From contig JAGBEI010000018.1 in NCBI GenBank assembly GCA_017937065.1, forward strand, positions 21,105 to 85,104: DNA of 64,000 nucleotides, given 5' to 3'. Under the pieces are notes generated by a model. It saw only the letters and a program-made list of their open reading frames with translations. It did no database searches and was not told the origin of the DNA. Numbering within the stretch: the first letter of the stretch is position 1; every line of letters begins with the position of its first letter. This DNA is from Clostridia bacterium (GTDB lineage Bacteria > Bacillota > Clostridia > Oscillospirales > QAKW01). Shown piece after piece: positions 52,489 through 63,343 of this stretch. A program made the translations under genes and the position numbers.

Positions 52489-53907
52489 TTATATTATTGA
52501 CTGATACAGCTGCTCGTATAACCCTGCCGATTTATTCCATCCGTAGTCGCCCGACATAGCGTTCTTCTTAACCGCCGAAAACTGTTTTTTATCGCGGTAC
52601 AGCTCTGTCGCGCGCCAAATTGCATTTGCCATATCATTGTCGTCAAACTGCTCGAAATTTATACCGTTGCCCTCTCCCGTCTGCGGATTGAACGGAAAGA
52701 CGGTATCGGCAAGCCCGCCCGTTTTGCGCACTATCGGAACCGTGCCGTAGCGCATTGAAATGAGCTGCGCCAGACCGCACGGCTCATACTCGGACGGCAT
52801 CAAAAAGAAATCGGCACCGGCATAGATTTTTCTTGCAAGCACACTGTCAAAGCCTATTACGGCGCGCATTTTATCCTGATGCGCCGCCGCCGTGTCGGAC
52901 AGCCACCTCTCGTAGCCGTAATCGCCGCTGCCCAAAACGACAAACTGAATATCAAGCGTCATCAGCCATTCAAGACGGCGGCACACGATGTCCATTCCCT
53001 TTTGGTGGGTAAGGCGGGTAACCATTCCTATCAGCGGCACATCGTTTCTCTTTTGAAGCCTTAGCTCCTCCTGAAGCGCAAACTTATTGTGATATTTGAG
53101 GTTTCTGGTAGCTACCGAGTAATTGACCTTCAGTGCGCTGTCGGTCTGCGGGTTGTAGCTCTCGGTGTCAATGCCGTTGACAATGCCCGACAGCTTAAAC
53201 TGCCGCGCGCGCAGTATGTGCTCCAGTCCGAACGCATAGCGCTCGTTTAGAATTTCGCCCGCATAGGTGGGAGATACGGTATTGACGCGGTCGGAGCACT
53301 CAATCGCGCCCTTGACAAGATTGATACAGTCGCCGTAGTACAAAAGCGGCAGCTTATCCTCGGGCAGACCGAACACGTTGCCTAAAATATACGCGTCGAA
53401 CTTGCCCTGAAATTCAATGTTGTGTATTGTAAAAAGCGTCTTTATCATTCCGTAGCCCGGTCTTGAACGGTACTGGCAGTCAAGCAGCACGGGGATTATC
53501 GCCGTGTGCCAGTCGTTGCAGTGAAGTATGTCGGGAAAGAAATCTATAACCGGTAAAATTTCCAAAACGGCGCGCGAGAAAAACGCCACCCGCTCGCCGT
53601 CGTCAAACTCGCCGTAGACGTTGGGGCGGTTAAAATAGAACTCGTTATCTATAAGATAGTATGTCAAATCCTGCGCCTTATACTCAAAAATACCGCAATA
53701 CTGCTTGCGCCAGGAGTTGTTTATATAAAAGTGCGTAATATACCTGCATTTTTCGCGCATGGCGCCGATTGCGGAATACATCGGTATCACAACGCGGATA
53801 TCATGCCCCATCGCCCGCAGCGCCTGCGGCAGAGCGCCCGCAACATCGCCGAGCCCGCCGACCTTTATAAACGGCGCCGCCTCACCCGCAGCATAAAGTA
53901 TTTTCAT
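52489..53907 (-). CDS. glgA: Glycogen synthase (ADP-glucose type, GT5)
   Basis: The N-terminal MKILYAAGEAAPFIKVGGLGDV contains the KxGGL motif. The ATG at 53907 follows GGGAGG by 6 nt. The track ORF has an unsupported 28-aa extension. Confidence 0.95.
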   Translation of the reverse strand: MKILYAAGEAAPFIKVGGLGDVAGALPQALRAMGHDIRVVIPMYSAIGAMREKCRYITHFYINNSWRKQYCGIFEYKAQDLTYYLIDNEFYFNRPNVYGEFDDGERVAFFSRAVLEILPVIDFFPDILHCNDWHTAIIPVLLDCQYRSRPGYGMIKTLFTIHNIEFQGKFDAYILGNVFGLPEDKLPLLYYGDCINLVKGAIECSDRVNTVSPTYAGEILNERYAFGLEHILRARQFKLSGIVNGIDTESYNPQTDSALKVNYSVATRNLKYHNKFALQEELRLQKRNDVPLIGMVTRLTHQKGMDIVCRRLEWLMTLDIQFVVLGSGDYGYERWLSDTAAAHQDKMRAVIGFDSVLARKIYAGADFFLMPSEYEPCGLAQLISMRYGTVPIVRKTGGLADTVFPFNPQTGEGNGINFEQFDDNDMANAIWRATELYRDKKQFSAVKKNAMSGDYGWNKSAGLYEQLYQSII

Positions 53908-54035
53908 TTTAAACCTCCCAAAACTTTTAAATAACGGACAAAACCCGCCGCCGTGCATTGCGGCGGCAGACTGCGCCGCCGAAAAACGCATAAGATACGC
54001 CGCCTTTAATGCGGGTACATCAGATTGCTGTTATG

Positions 54036-55151
54036 TCAAATTCTTGTGTTTTTCACAAACACGTAAGGATATTCGGGAGCGCCGCAGAGATACTTGTTCT
54101 CCGATACGTGAATATTTTTATCGAGTATGACATAATTCAAGCCGCAGCCTCTGCCCACAACCGAATTCTGCATTATTATCGAATTTTCAACCACGGCGCC
54201 CGTCTCTATCGTTACATTTCTGAATATTACGGAGTTTTTCACGGTGCCGTCTATCCTGCACCCGTCCGCTATCAGGCTGTTTTCCACGCTGGCATTGTAT
54301 TTGTAGAGCACAGGCACCGTATCCATGACGCGCGTCATAACGGGGCTGTCATGCCGAAACACCTGAGCGCGCACGTCACAGTCAAGCATTTTCATGCTGA
54401 TATCGTAATAATCCTTGACTGTATTTACAACGCCTGCAAAGTCACTGTGCTCAAAGCCCGCAATTTTGAGCGATGAGGTATTCTTGATAAGAGCATACTT
54501 TTCAAAGCTGTAATGGTCGTGTTCGTCCGCGCGGCGGATAATGTCCAAAAGCAGCCTTCTGCTCATTATATATATGCCCAGCGCCGTATTTGCGACACGC
54601 TTATCCTCCTCCACGATATACGTCATTTCATGTACCCGCTCGCCCTCAAGCTGAAGCTCCAGGTCGCCTGCCGAGCCGCTGCGCCGGGAATACACCGCCG
54701 TTATATCCGCGCCGCTTTGGATATGGAAGTCAAACACGCGCTCAAAATCAATGCTTGCGATTATATTGGAATTTGTCAATACGATATATTCCTCTTTGAG
54801 CCCCTTGATATACGGCGAAACGGAGCGCAGGGCGTCCAGCTTGCCGCGGGCTAAGAATACCTCGTTGTTATTCTCCGTTCTGTAAAACGGAGACAGAATA
54901 CGCAGACCGGAGCTGCGGTGGTCAAGGTCCCAGTACCGCCCGCCGCCGAGATGGTCTTCCAGTGAGGCGTAGTTTCGCTTTGTGACAACCGCCACGTTAT
55001 CCACGCCCGCATTGACAAGCGAGGACAGTATAAAATCCACCGTGCGGAAGCGCCCGCAGAACGGAATGGACGCAAGAGTCCTGTTTTTTGCAAGCAGATT
55101 TGTCTCTGCAATGTAAGAGTCGGAAAAAATAATACCCGCAAACAAATTCAT
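54036..55151 (-). CDS. glgD: Glucose-1-phosphate adenylyltransferase, GlgD subunit
   Basis: 371 aa. It is a GlgC paralogue lacking the canonical GGxGxRL loop, and it sits directly downstream of glgC as in the Bacillus glgBCDAP operon. Confidence 0.88.
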   Translation of the reverse strand: MNLFAGIIFSDSYIAETNLLAKNRTLASIPFCGRFRTVDFILSSLVNAGVDNVAVVTKRNYASLEDHLGGGRYWDLDHRSSGLRILSPFYRTENNNEVFLARGKLDALRSVSPYIKGLKEEYIVLTNSNIIASIDFERVFDFHIQSGADITAVYSRRSGSAGDLELQLEGERVHEMTYIVEEDKRVANTALGIYIMSRRLLLDIIRRADEHDHYSFEKYALIKNTSSLKIAGFEHSDFAGVVNTVKDYYDISMKMLDCDVRAQVFRHDSPVMTRVMDTVPVLYKYNASVENSLIADGCRIDGTVKNSVIFRNVTIETGAVVENSIIMQNSVVGRGCGLNYVILDKNIHVSENKYLCGAPEYPYVFVKNTRI

Positions 55152-55166
55152 AATCCCGTTTTCCCC

Positions 55167-56378
55167 CTATCTGCCGCTGTACGGCTCTATCATTTCATTG
55201 GGCAGCACGACCTGACCCGACCTTACGACCGCGCCCTTGCCTATGACGGCAATTCCCCATTTTGACGAGTCCTCGCAGTTTTCGGGCAGGTCGCCTATAA
55301 CTGCGCCGTCCTCTATGACAACGTCGTCGGCAATAATTGCGTACTTTATATCGGCATTTCTGCCGATTTTGGTATTTGACATTACAACGCAGGAGTTGAG
55401 AGACGCACCCTTTTCGACCTGCACGCCCGAAAACAGCACCGTATACCACAGCTTGCCGTCAATGCGGCAGTTTTCGGTCACCATGCTCTCGATTATCTGC
55501 GCGTTTTTACCTATATACTGAGGTATCATCGGGTCAAAGCGGGAATAGATTTTCCAGTCGGGGTCGGACAGGTTGAGAGGAATTTTGGGATTGAGCAAAT
55601 CCATATTAGCCTCCCAGAAGCTCTCGATAGTGCCCACGTCCTTCCAGTATCCGTCAAAGCGGTACGCCATCATCTTCTCGCCCTGCGCTATCATATCGGG
55701 CAGAATATTGGCGCCGAAGTCGTGGCTGCTTGACGTGTCCTGCTCGTCCTTGATAAGATATTTTTTCAGCTTATCCCAGGTGAAGATGTAAATTCCCATA
55801 GATGCGTTATTGCACTTGGGCTTTTGCGGCTTTTCCTCAAACTCGTAAATCCTGCCGTCCTCGTCAGTGTTCATAATGCCGAAGCGCGACGCCTCCTCAA
55901 TGGGCACGGGCAGCGCCGCGATTGTGCAAGCCGCGCCCGTTTTACGGTGATACTCAGCCATTTTGGAGTAGTCCATCTTGTAAATATGGTCGCCCGACAA
56001 AATAAGCACGTATTCGGGGTTATACTTTTCAATAAAGCGGATATTCTGATAAACCGCATTCGCCGTACCCTTATACCATTCGCCGCTGTCCGCCTTGACA
56101 TAAGGCGGCAGGATGCTTACGCCGCCGTTGAGCCGGTTTAAGTCCCAAGGAATTCCGTTTCCTATGTAGGCGTTAAGCTCCAGCGGCTGATACTGCGTCA
56201 GAACACCCACTGTATCTATGCCGGAATTTATGCAGTTGGACAGCGTAAAATCAATTATCCGATATTTTCCGCCGAACGGAATGGCGGGCTTTGCCGTGTT
56301 TTTAGTCAGAACATGCAGGCGCGAGCCCTGACCGCCCGCTAACAGCATGGCGACAATTTCCTTGTTTTTCTTGAACAT
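55167..56378 (-). CDS. glgC: Glucose-1-phosphate adenylyltransferase
   Basis: 403 aa with [19 protein letters not shown], and a C-terminal left-handed beta-helix. Confidence 0.96.
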   Translation of the reverse strand: MFKKNKEIVAMLLAGGQGSRLHVLTKNTAKPAIPFGGKYRIIDFTLSNCINSGIDTVGVLTQYQPLELNAYIGNGIPWDLNRLNGGVSILPPYVKADSGEWYKGTANAVYQNIRFIEKYNPEYVLILSGDHIYKMDYSKMAEYHRKTGAACTIAALPVPIEEASRFGIMNTDEDGRIYEFEEKPQKPKCNNASMGIYIFTWDKLKKYLIKDEQDTSSSHDFGANILPDMIAQGEKMMAYRFDGYWKDVGTIESFWEANMDLLNPKIPLNLSDPDWKIYSRFDPMIPQYIGKNAQIIESMVTENCRIDGKLWYTVLFSGVQVEKGASLNSCVVMSNTKIGRNADIKYAIIADDVVIEDGAVIGDLPENCEDSSKWGIAVIGKGAVVRSGQVVLPNEMIEPYSGR

Positions 56379-56402
56379 TGGCAGCCTCCTTAATGATATA
56401 AC

Positions 56403-58316
56403 TTATTTTAAAGTCGTTGAGGTTCCGGGCTTTGTCTTTTTCGCCGTACACTTGTAGAGCAGCGCGCCGAAGGGCGGCAGCGTAAAGTCTGCGCTGTATT
56501 CAAGCCCGTGCATCGGCTCGGGGCACGCCGTCACAAGGCGCTTATGACGGTCGTCTCCCCCGAACTCCTCGCTGTCGCTTGACAGCAAAAGCCTGTACCT
56601 GCCGCTGTACGGCAGACCCAGCTTATAATTCTCTATGAGATACGGCGAAAAGTTAAGCAGTGTAATAACCTCATTGTCCGCAGCGTCTATGCGCCTGTAC
56701 GCATAGACGCTGTTGCGGCTGTCGTCTGCGGAAATCCAGCAAAAGCCGTCATACCCGCACTCCCGCTCGGACAAACACTTCTCTTTTCTATATAAATGAT
56801 TAAGCGCCCTGATATATTCCTTATATTTTCGGTGCGCAGGAAAGTCCAGAAGCATCCAGTCAAGACCCCTCGACTCGTCCCACTCCCGAAAATGCGCAAA
56901 CTCCGCGCCCATAAAAATCAGCTTTTTTCCGGGATGTGTATACATGTACGCCATATACGCGCGCAGGTTTGCGAATTTGTCGTCGTAATAACCGGGCATT
57001 TTCTCAATCAGCGAGCATTTGCCGTGCACCACCTCGTCGTGAGACAGCGGCAGGATAAAGTTTTCGGAAAATGCGTAGGAGGTGGAAAAGCTCATCATGT
57101 TGTGCTTTTCATGTCTGCCCTCATGAGGCGTGGACATATATTTTAAAGTATCGTTCATCCAGCCCATATTCCATTTGAAGTCAAAGCCCAGTCCTCCGTC
57201 CTCGACGGGCGCCGTTACAAGCGGCCACGCCGTGGACTCCTCCGCCACGGTGAAAATTCCGGGGCGGTCTTTGTGAACCACGGTGTTGAACAGCTTTAAA
57301 AACTCCACCGCCTCAAGGTTTCCGTTGCCGCCGAATTGGTTTTGACGCCACTGCCCGTCCTTTTTTCCGTAGTCAAGATAAAGCATGGAAGCTACGGCGT
57401 CCACCCGCAGTCCGTCGATATGGTATTTATCCAGCCAGTGGCAGGCGCTTGATATAAGAAAGGACGCGACCTCTCTTTTGGAATAGTCAAAAATGCGCGT
57501 GCCCCAGTCGGGATGCTCGCGCTTGAGCGGGTCTTCATACTCGTAAAGGCACTGACCGTCATATTCGTACAGCCCCATCTCGTCCTTGGGAAAGTGAGCG
57601 GGCACCCAGTCCATGATAACGCCTATTCCGCGGCGGTGGCAGCAGTTGACAAAGCTCATGAAATCGTGCGGCGTACCGTAGCGCGAGGTGGGCGCAAAAT
57701 ACCCCGTAACCTGATAGCCCCAGGACTTGTCATAGGGATATTCGGACAGGGGCATAAGCTCAATATGAGTATACCCCATGTCAACGACATAATCCAAAAG
57801 CCGGTCGCAAAGCATGTTGTAGGACAGCTCCTCTCCGAATTCATCGCGCATCCACGAGCCGACATGAAGCTCGTATATGTTCATGGGACTGTTCAGAATA
57901 TCAGCGGCGGCGCGTTTTCTGCGCCAAATCGTATCCGTCCACTTAAATCCGTCTATATCATACAGCTTGGAGGCGGTTGCGGGGCGGGTCTCGAAATGAT
58001 TGGCATACAAATCCGATTTATAAATAAGCCTGCCGTCATGTGTTTGAATAACATACTTGTAAGAGGTGTAAGTGTCAAGATGCATAATCGCCGACTCCCA
58101 GACCCCGTTTTCGCTTATTCTGTGCATCGGGTTTGCGCGCGCCTCCCAGCTGCAAAATTCACCCGTTAGGTATACCGCCGCCGCATGAGGAGCCCAGACG
58201 CGGAAAATCCAGCCGTACCTTGTCAGGTGCGCGCCGAGAAATTCACCCGCCTTGCTGTCTATGCTCTGCCACAGCGGTACGCTGTCATTGATTTTATCTA
58301 TTCGCATTTTTTTCAC
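56403..58316 (-). CDS. glgB: 1,4-alpha-glucan branching enzyme (GH13_9)
   Basis: 637 aa. GH13 regions are DWVPAHF, GLRVDAVASM, AEESTAW and LSHDEV. Confidence 0.96.
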   Translation of the reverse strand: MKKMRIDKINDSVPLWQSIDSKAGEFLGAHLTRYGWIFRVWAPHAAAVYLTGEFCSWEARANPMHRISENGVWESAIMHLDTYTSYKYVIQTHDGRLIYKSDLYANHFETRPATASKLYDIDGFKWTDTIWRRKRAAADILNSPMNIYELHVGSWMRDEFGEELSYNMLCDRLLDYVVDMGYTHIELMPLSEYPYDKSWGYQVTGYFAPTSRYGTPHDFMSFVNCCHRRGIGVIMDWVPAHFPKDEMGLYEYDGQCLYEYEDPLKREHPDWGTRIFDYSKREVASFLISSACHWLDKYHIDGLRVDAVASMLYLDYGKKDGQWRQNQFGGNGNLEAVEFLKLFNTVVHKDRPGIFTVAEESTAWPLVTAPVEDGGLGFDFKWNMGWMNDTLKYMSTPHEGRHEKHNMMSFSTSYAFSENFILPLSHDEVVHGKCSLIEKMPGYYDDKFANLRAYMAYMYTHPGKKLIFMGAEFAHFREWDESRGLDWMLLDFPAHRKYKEYIRALNHLYRKEKCLSERECGYDGFCWISADDSRNSVYAYRRIDAADNEVITLLNFSPYLIENYKLGLPYSGRYRLLLSSDSEEFGGDDRHKRLVTACPEPMHGLEYSADFTLPPFGALLYKCTAKKTKPGTSTTLK

Positions 58317-58471
58317 TTCTTTCCTAAAAACGCCATCAATTTTGTGATTTTTTTATTTACATCTTCTAATATTTCGATTATACTATAATTGCAAAATATG
58401 TGCAATAAAAATTTTAATAAAATTTTCCAATTTGCATAAATTTAAAACATACCCTTTAAAAAGGATAAAAT

Positions 58472-60340
58472 ATGATAAAGTTTGATTGTTATCTGAAAGA
58501 GCACAAGCTTCCGCAGGGTGCGCTGCGCAGCGGCAGCAGCGCATTTTTCCGTGTTAAAACGGCGCGCGGGCTTGAGATTGACCATATAAATATTATTGTG
58601 CGCAAGGACTCGGCAGCACATACATTTGTGCTGAGCCGCCGCGCCGGCAGCGATGCGGCGCAAACGCAGGACGGCGCAGGCGCGGCGCTTGACTCATCGG
58701 GCTACGACGTTTTTGAGGGCAATATCACCCTGCACGGCTGCGGCTTTCACCGTTACCGCTTTGAGCTTGTAAAGCAAAACGGGATAATGTATTTTGCCGG
58801 CACCAGGGACGGGCACAGCGCCGTTGTCGGCGACTGGCTGCCCGAATGGCAGATATTTGTCTACGACAGCGATTTTGAAACGCCATCCGACAGCGACGGC
58901 GCCGTGATGTATCAGATTTTTCCCGACAGGTTCTTTAAATCGCCCGGCTTTACGCCGAAAAGCGCCAAAAACGAGCGGATAATGCACCAAAGCTGGCAGG
59001 AAAAGCCCTATTGCTGCTATGATTACGCGGGCTATAAATGCAACGACTACTTCGGCGGTAACCTGCGGGGAATTGAGCAAAAGCTGCCCTATATAAAATC
59101 GCTGGGCGTCACGCACATCTATCTCAACCCGATTTTCGAGAGCGCGGAAAACCACCGCTATTCCACCTCCGACTACATGAGCGTAGACCCGTATCTCGGT
59201 GACAGCGCTGATTTTATAAGTTTATGCAGAAAGGCTGCCGAGTATGACATAAAAATAATTTTAGACGGAGTTTTTTCTCATACGGGCGACGACAGCATAT
59301 ATTTCAATAAATACGGTCACTATCCGTCAAACGGAGCGTATAACAGCAAGCAGTCGCCCTACTACGGCTGGTACAGCTTTACCGATTATCCCGACAGCTA
59401 CGACTGCTGGTGGGGGTTTAAGACGCTGCCCAATGTAAAGGAGACCGAAAGCAGCTACGCAGAATTTATCACGGGCGAAAACGGCGTGCTGCGGCACTGG
59501 ATGCGCCTGGGCGCTTCGGGCTGGCGGCTGGATGTCGCAGACGAGCTGCCCGATGAGTTTTTAGACAAGGTGCGCTGTGCGGTCAAGGCGGAAAATCCGC
59601 AGGCGCCCGTTATCGGCGAGGTGTGGGAAAACGCCGTGAAAAAATGCAGCTACGGCGCGCGCAGGCGCTTTCTTTCGGGCGCGCAGTGCGACTCTGTTAT
59701 GAATTATCCGTTTGCAAACGCCGTATGCCTGTTTATGAAAAACGGTGACGCTCAGGCATTTTACGAATCGGTGATGGAAATTGTAAACGATTATCCCGCG
59801 CCCGCGGTAAAATATCTGATGAACATGCTGTCGACGCATGACACCGCAAGGATTATCAACAGACTGGCGCTCGACAGTCTGCCGCCCAGACAGGAGCAGT
59901 CGGGGGCGCGCCTTACCGACACGCAGCGGCAAAGGGGAATCGAGCTTTTTAAAAGCGCCGCGATACTTCAGTACACGCTGCCCGGAATACCCTGTATATT
60001 CTACGGCGACGAGGCGGGGCTGGACGGGTTTGAAGACCCGTTCTGCCGCGGGACATATCCTTGGGGCAGAGAAGAAAAATCACTATTGAATTTGCATGAA
60101 AAACTTGGTATAATCAGAAGAGAAAACCGAAAGGATTTTTCGCAGGACATCGAATTTATAAAGCATGACTCAGGTGTCGTGCACTACCGCCGCGGCAGGC
60201 TTGGCATCATTGTAAATATGTCTCACGACAGTATTTACAGCGACGGGTTTGAAAACACGCTTGCCGCAAACAGGCTTGAAAACGGAGCTTTAAAGCACGG
60301 CGGTGCCGTCATTTTCAGAGCTGCGGATTTTAAGGAGTGA
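58472..60340 (+). CDS. GH13 alpha-amylase family enzyme (neopullulanase/cyclomaltodextrinase-like)
   Basis: 622 aa. Conserved regions are DGVFSHTG, GWRLDVADE, IGEVWE and LSTHDT. No signal peptide is present. Confidence 0.88.
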   Translation: MIKFDCYLKEHKLPQGALRSGSSAFFRVKTARGLEIDHINIIVRKDSAAHTFVLSRRAGSDAAQTQDGAGAALDSSGYDVFEGNITLHGCGFHRYRFELVKQNGIMYFAGTRDGHSAVVGDWLPEWQIFVYDSDFETPSDSDGAVMYQIFPDRFFKSPGFTPKSAKNERIMHQSWQEKPYCCYDYAGYKCNDYFGGNLRGIEQKLPYIKSLGVTHIYLNPIFESAENHRYSTSDYMSVDPYLGDSADFISLCRKAAEYDIKIILDGVFSHTGDDSIYFNKYGHYPSNGAYNSKQSPYYGWYSFTDYPDSYDCWWGFKTLPNVKETESSYAEFITGENGVLRHWMRLGASGWRLDVADELPDEFLDKVRCAVKAENPQAPVIGEVWENAVKKCSYGARRRFLSGAQCDSVMNYPFANAVCLFMKNGDAQAFYESVMEIVNDYPAPAVKYLMNMLSTHDTARIINRLALDSLPPRQEQSGARLTDTQRQRGIELFKSAAILQYTLPGIPCIFYGDEAGLDGFEDPFCRGTYPWGREEKSLLNLHEKLGIIRRENRKDFSQDIEFIKHDSGVVHYRRGRLGIIVNMSHDSIYSDGFENTLAANRLENGALKHGGAVIFRAADFKE

Positions 60341-60345
60341 AAACG

Positions 60346-61227
60346 ATGGAAAAAATACTTTTGATATACAACCCCAACTCCGGCAAAAAAAACATCGCCG
60401 CGCATCTTGACAAAATAACGGATATTTTCGAGTCGGCGGGCAAGCTTGTCACGCTTTACCGCATCGACGAAAAGAACAGTATGTCGACAGAGGAGCTTAT
60501 ACAAAGCGGCGTATTTGACGGGGTTGTCGTATGCGGCGGAGACGGAAGCGTCAACTCCGCGGCGGAGACGATTTTGAAAAGCGGCAGGGATATACCGCTG
60601 GGCGTTATCCCCAACGGAACCTGCAACGATTTTTCCCGCTCGCTCGGCATGCCCTCGGACATTATCAAATGCGCGCAGATTATCGCGCAGGGGAATATAA
60701 CTCGCACCGACATAGGCTTTATAAACGGCTCTGAGAATATTTTTGTAAACGAGCTGGCGGGCGGCGTTCTGGTTTCCGCCTCGTTTTCAACAGACCAGAA
60801 CATGAAAAAGATGTTCGGGCCGCTGGCGTACTACGTCACCGGCTTGGGCGAGCTTGCCAACGTAAAGCCGTTTGAGCTGAAAATAGAGACGGACAACGAA
60901 ACATATATCGAACAGGCACTGGTATTTGCAGTGCTAAACGGCACCGACATGTCCGGGTTTTCCAACGTCATCAAGGAAGCGCTGATGCAGGACGGCGAGA
61001 TGGATATACTGATATTCAAAAACTCAAACCCGCTGGAAATCACGGACACATTAATCAAGTTTGTCACAGGCGGGGACTTCCGGGAAAAAAATGTTGTCAG
61101 GATAAGAACCTCGCACTGCAGGATAAGCTGTGAGGCGGATATTTCCACAACGGTGGACGGCGAAAGAGGCCCCGGCTTTCCGCTGGAGCTGGAGATGAGG
61201 CAAAAAGCGCTCAGTATTTATCACTGA
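60346..61227 (+). CDS. Diacylglycerol kinase family lipid kinase (YegS/DagK type)
   Basis: It has LLIYNPNSGK and GGDGSVN, followed by IPNGTCNDF. The ATG at 60346 follows AAGGAG by 8 nt. The track ORF starts at 60337. Confidence 0.88.
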   Translation: MEKILLIYNPNSGKKNIAAHLDKITDIFESAGKLVTLYRIDEKNSMSTEELIQSGVFDGVVVCGGDGSVNSAAETILKSGRDIPLGVIPNGTCNDFSRSLGMPSDIIKCAQIIAQGNITRTDIGFINGSENIFVNELAGGVLVSASFSTDQNMKKMFGPLAYYVTGLGELANVKPFELKIETDNETYIEQALVFAVLNGTDMSGFSNVIKEALMQDGEMDILIFKNSNPLEITDTLIKFVTGGDFREKNVVRIRTSHCRISCEADISTTVDGERGPGFPLELEMRQKALSIYH

Positions 61228-61231
61228 TAAA

Positions 61232-61270
61232 GAAAAAACAGTGTGTGCACGGCACACACTGTTTTCTTTT
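61232..61270. terminator. Bidirectional terminator between the lipid kinase and cca genes
   Basis: The hairpin ACAGTGTGTGC-ACG-GCACACACTGT is flanked by an A-run and a T-run. Confidence 0.7.
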
Positions 61271-62561
61271 ATCTGTTCTCGTTCAAATAGCGTATTATAG
61301 CGTCGCGGTCATTTGGCAAAGCGCCGTCCATGACAAGCTCAAGCACCGTTTCAAGCGTCTGTCCGATGCGCTGACCGCTGTAACCCAGGCTTTTAAGGTC
61401 CAAGCCGTTCAAATCGAGACAAGACAATGTATACACCTCATTTTTTTCGTGAATATCGCGGATAGTATCCAAAGTTTTATCTATAATCCTGCATTTCTCG
61501 TCATTTTCCAATGCACTGAATACGGCGCGGCGCAGGGTAAGCAAATCGTGATAAAATCTGTCACCCAAATGAGAGAGCACCCGTTTAATCCCCGGTCTGT
61601 CCCGCGGCTCAACCGCAGCGCAGTACTGCATAAGCCGCCTGATATAACGGCACGATACCGATTTCAAACGCAGCGAGCGAAGAATATTTCCCGTAATACC
61701 CGTTTCCGATATATCGACAGGAGTTATTGACTTCTTTTGAATATTGACGCTGCGCGACAGAAACAGTATCAGCGCTGCCAGGCGCAGGTCGGCATTTGGA
61801 GGCAGGCGGGAAAAAGTTTTGACGGCATAGCCCCAGGTTCCCGCCGCAACAAGCTTGGGAAAATCGCTGTGCAGACTGAAAATAATATCACTGTAATCTT
61901 CGAGAATACGGGAGGCACCCGTGCCTGACAGCAGCTTTATCAGCTCCTCCGTCACGCGCTCTCTTGCGATATTTTTCAAAAGCGACGATTTTCTTATCAT
62001 CGAATAAGCCGTCACGGTTTCGATTTCAAAATTCAGCACCGAGGCAAATCTGAGACCTCTGAGAATACGAAGGGAATCCTCCTCAAACCGCGTGTCGGGG
62101 TCGCCCACTGCACGGATAAGCCTGTTGTCAATATCGTCGGCGCCGCCGAACAGGTCGATTATCCCCTCCCGCGGATTGTACGCCATGGCATTTACCGTAA
62201 AATCACGGCGTGCAAGGTCATACCTCACATCCGACACAAAGCTCACGCTGTCGGGGCGGCGGTTATCGGAATAGCTTCCGTCCGTTCTGAAAGTCGTTAT
62301 TTCATATGCCCGCCCGCCAACAAGCGCTGTGAGCGTACCGTGGGATATACCCGTTTCGACATAACGGATATTATTTTCGCGCAGAACGAGCTTATTCTGT
62401 TCGGGAGTTGCCGAAACCGCAAAATCAATATCCGACACGGGGCGGTGCAGCAGCGCGTCGCGCACGCAGCCGCCGACGGCATAGATACTGTACCCGCTGC
62501 CTTCAAACGCAGATATAAGGCGCAGCGCGCCGCTGTCAAGACTGACCGCAGCGTCCATCAT
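61269..62561 (-). CDS. cca: CCA tRNA nucleotidyltransferase (poly(A) polymerase head-domain family)
   Basis: 430 aa with YAVGGCVRDALL.....DIDF, RTDGSYSDNRRP and RDFTVNAMAY. Confidence 0.9.
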   Translation of the reverse strand: MMDAAVSLDSGALRLISAFEGSGYSIYAVGGCVRDALLHRPVSDIDFAVSATPEQNKLVLRENNIRYVETGISHGTLTALVGGRAYEITTFRTDGSYSDNRRPDSVSFVSDVRYDLARRDFTVNAMAYNPREGIIDLFGGADDIDNRLIRAVGDPDTRFEEDSLRILRGLRFASVLNFEIETVTAYSMIRKSSLLKNIARERVTEELIKLLSGTGASRILEDYSDIIFSLHSDFPKLVAAGTWGYAVKTFSRLPPNADLRLAALILFLSRSVNIQKKSITPVDISETGITGNILRSLRLKSVSCRYIRRLMQYCAAVEPRDRPGIKRVLSHLGDRFYHDLLTLRRAVFSALENDEKCRIIDKTLDTIRDIHEKNEVYTLSCLDLNGLDLKSLGYSGQRIGQTLETVLELVMDGALPNDRDAIIRYLNENR

Positions 62562-63340
62562 AGCGCAGGCTTTGATAAAAATGCACGGGTTTTTTCACTC
62601 CTCGGGGCGGAAAAAACCTGCTCGGGCGTGCCCGTCTCCTCAATCACGCCGTCCGCCATATAGATTATGCGGTCGGCGACATTCCTTGCAAAATCCATCT
62701 CATGCGTGACCACAATCATAGTGCGCCCCTGCGTTTTGAGCGATTTTATGGCGCGCAGCACCTCGCCCGTAAGCTCGGGGTCGAGCGCGCTTGTCGGCTC
62801 GTCAAAGCACAGAATTTCAGGGTTCATGGCAAGCGCGCGCGCAATCGCCACGCGCTGCTGCTGACCGCCCGACAGCTCGCACGGATAGGACTGCGCCTTT
62901 TCCGACAGCCCCACAGTCTGCAGGAGCGAGAGCGCCTCATTGCTGATTTGTCGGCGGATTTTCTTTTTTTCGGCTCCCGACGACACGCCTTTTAAGCGCA
63001 TAAGCTCGGGTGCGAGCGTGATATTTTTCAAAACATTATACTGCGGAAACAGATTAAAGGACTGAAACACCAGACCGAAGTTTAAACGGTTGGTGCGGAT
63101 TTCGGCGTCGCTGTAAAGCTTTTTCTTCTCGGCGCTGTATATCTCCCTGCCGTTTACCGTAATGGTGCCGCCGTCCGGCTGCTCAAGAAAATTTATACAG
63201 CGCAAAAGCGTTGTCTTGCCGCTGCCCGACGAGCCGATCACGGCGATAACCTCACCCTTTTCCATGTTAAAGCCGATGCCGCGCAGCACCTGAGTGTCGC
63301 CGAAGCTTTTGGTTATGTTTTTAATTTCAAGCAGTGACAT
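62558..63340 (-). CDS. Amino acid ABC transporter ATP-binding protein
   Basis: 260 aa. Walker A GSSGSGKTT, signature LSGGQQQRVAIARAL, Walker B ILCFDEPTSALD, and an H-loop VTHEM. It is GlnQ/PAAT-like. Confidence 0.94.
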   Translation of the reverse strand: MSLLEIKNITKSFGDTQVLRGIGFNMEKGEVIAVIGSSGSGKTTLLRCINFLEQPDGGTITVNGREIYSAEKKKLYSDAEIRTNRLNFGLVFQSFNLFPQYNVLKNITLAPELMRLKGVSSGAEKKKIRRQISNEALSLLQTVGLSEKAQSYPCELSGGQQQRVAIARALAMNPEILCFDEPTSALDPELTGEVLRAIKSLKTQGRTMIVVTHEMDFARNVADRIIYMADGVIEETGTPEQVFSAPRSEKTRAFLSKPAL

Positions 63341-63343
63341 AAT